32,000 nucleotides of DNA from Nitrosomonas europaea (lineage in GTDB: Bacteria > Pseudomonadota > Gammaproteobacteria > Burkholderiales > Nitrosomonadaceae), in assembly GCF_900167395.1 (NCBI RefSeq), contig NZ_FUWK01000020.1:1-32000 (forward strand). Direction: 5' to 3'. The notes beneath the pieces are model-generated. The model worked only from the letters and a program-made list of their open reading frames with translations. It was not told where the DNA came from and made no database searches. Positions 31,275 to 32,000 of the stretch are shown here, piece after piece (the stretch's first letter is position 1; every line of letters begins with the position of its first letter). The translations under genes and the position numbers were made by a program.

Positions 31275-31280
31275 ATAAAC
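31221..31280 (+). other. attC (59-base-element) recombination site; R' half replaced by target DNA after the crossover G at 31274
   Basis: The sequence is GCCTAAC-AATTC-ATTCAAGCCG-ACA-CCGC-TTC-GCGG-CG-CGGCTGAAT-TCAGGC-G. It is an imperfect palindrome with the R''-L''/L'-R' layout and bulged bases. From memory it is very similar to the aadA1-type attC of class 1 integrons. Confidence 0.75.
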
Positions 31281-31306
31281 GACAACACTGACCGAATGTC
31301 GTTTTT
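31277..31306 (+). terminator. candidate intrinsic terminator of the xseB-ispA-dxs(-cassette) transcript
   Basis: AAACGACA (31277-31284) pairs with TGTCGTTT (31297-31304) around a 12-nt loop, and the T run continues to 31306. The stem is AT-rich, so this is a weak call. Confidence 0.4.
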
Positions 31307-31409
31307 CACTGTCTGATTCAATGATCTCTCGTTACCCGGAATAGAGCGGGTATTCAAACGGCAATCAGCCGGCGTTGATCCTGGATCAGTTTTACAGGAA
31401 GGAGTTTTT

Positions 31410-32000
31410 ATGAACAAACAGATCGATCTACCCATTGCTGATGTACAAGGCTCGTTGGACACAAGACATATTGCCATCGACAGAGTAGGAATCAAAGCGA
31501 TCCGGCATCCTGTCGTGGTGGCAGATAAAGGCGGTGGCTCCCAGCATACCGTGGCGCAATTCAATATGTACGTCAATCTGCCCCACAACTTCAAGGGAAC
31601 CCACATGTCTCGCTTTGTCGAGATACTGAACAGTCACGAGCGCGAGATTTCGGTCGAATCGTTCGAGGAAATCCTGCGTTCCATGGTCAGCAGACTGGAA
31701 TCGGATTCCGGACATATCGAAATGGCCTTCCCTTACTTCATCAATAAATCTGCACCTGTCTCGGGTGTAAAAAGCCTGCTGGACTACGAAGTGACATTTA
31801 TCGGTGAGATCAAACACGGCAATCAATATAGTTTTACCATGAAGGTAATCGTCCCTGTTACCAGCCTGTGCCCCTGCTCCAAAAAAATATCCGACTACGG
31901 TGCACACAACCAGCGTTCACATGTCACGATTTCGGTGCGTACCAATAGTTTCATCTGGATCGAGGACATCATCAGAATCGCGGAAGAGCAGGCCTCATGC
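31410..32000 (+). CDS. folE2: GTP cyclohydrolase FolE2 (type IB), 5' part (continues past the right edge)
   Basis: Absent from the ORF track because it has no in-window stop. The ATG at 31410 follows AGGAAGGAG. The translation is [37 protein letters not shown]...[29 protein letters not shown]...[19 protein letters not shown]. These are the FolE2/DUF198 signature stretches. Confidence 0.85.

Overview
This window looks like a betaproteobacterial chromosomal core region. My unverified guess from gene order and protein sequences is Nitrosomonadaceae. It is densely packed with conserved housekeeping genes:
- leuS-lptE-holA plus an OsmC-like gene (minus strand)
- queA-tgt-yajC-secD-secF, a DUF971 gene and ubiE (plus strand)
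- ribF-ileS-lspA and speB (minus strand)
- a group III truncated haemoglobin
- a partial peptide-type ABC importer (binding protein plus one permease)
- a Cache-HAMP-GGDEF diguanylate cyclase
- cbpA-cbpM, a DUF2914 gene and a Nudix hydrolase
- initiator tRNA-Met and tRNA-Asn
- xseB-ispA-dxs
- the 5' part of folE2

Three accessory or rearranged spots stand out:
1. A single integron-type gene cassette (one 116-aa ORF plus a canonical 60-bp attC) lies between the dxs stop codon and a weak hairpin/T-run that may be the dxs terminator. It appears to have integrated at a non-attI secondary site, and no integrase is present in the window.
2. An IS982-family element at the left edge truncates an EAL-domain gene.
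3. The ABC importer operon lacks its second permease and ATPases and is followed directly by the GGDEF gene.

No CRISPR array, rRNA or prophage was seen. Nothing was computed or searched. All family assignments come from motif recognition by eye.
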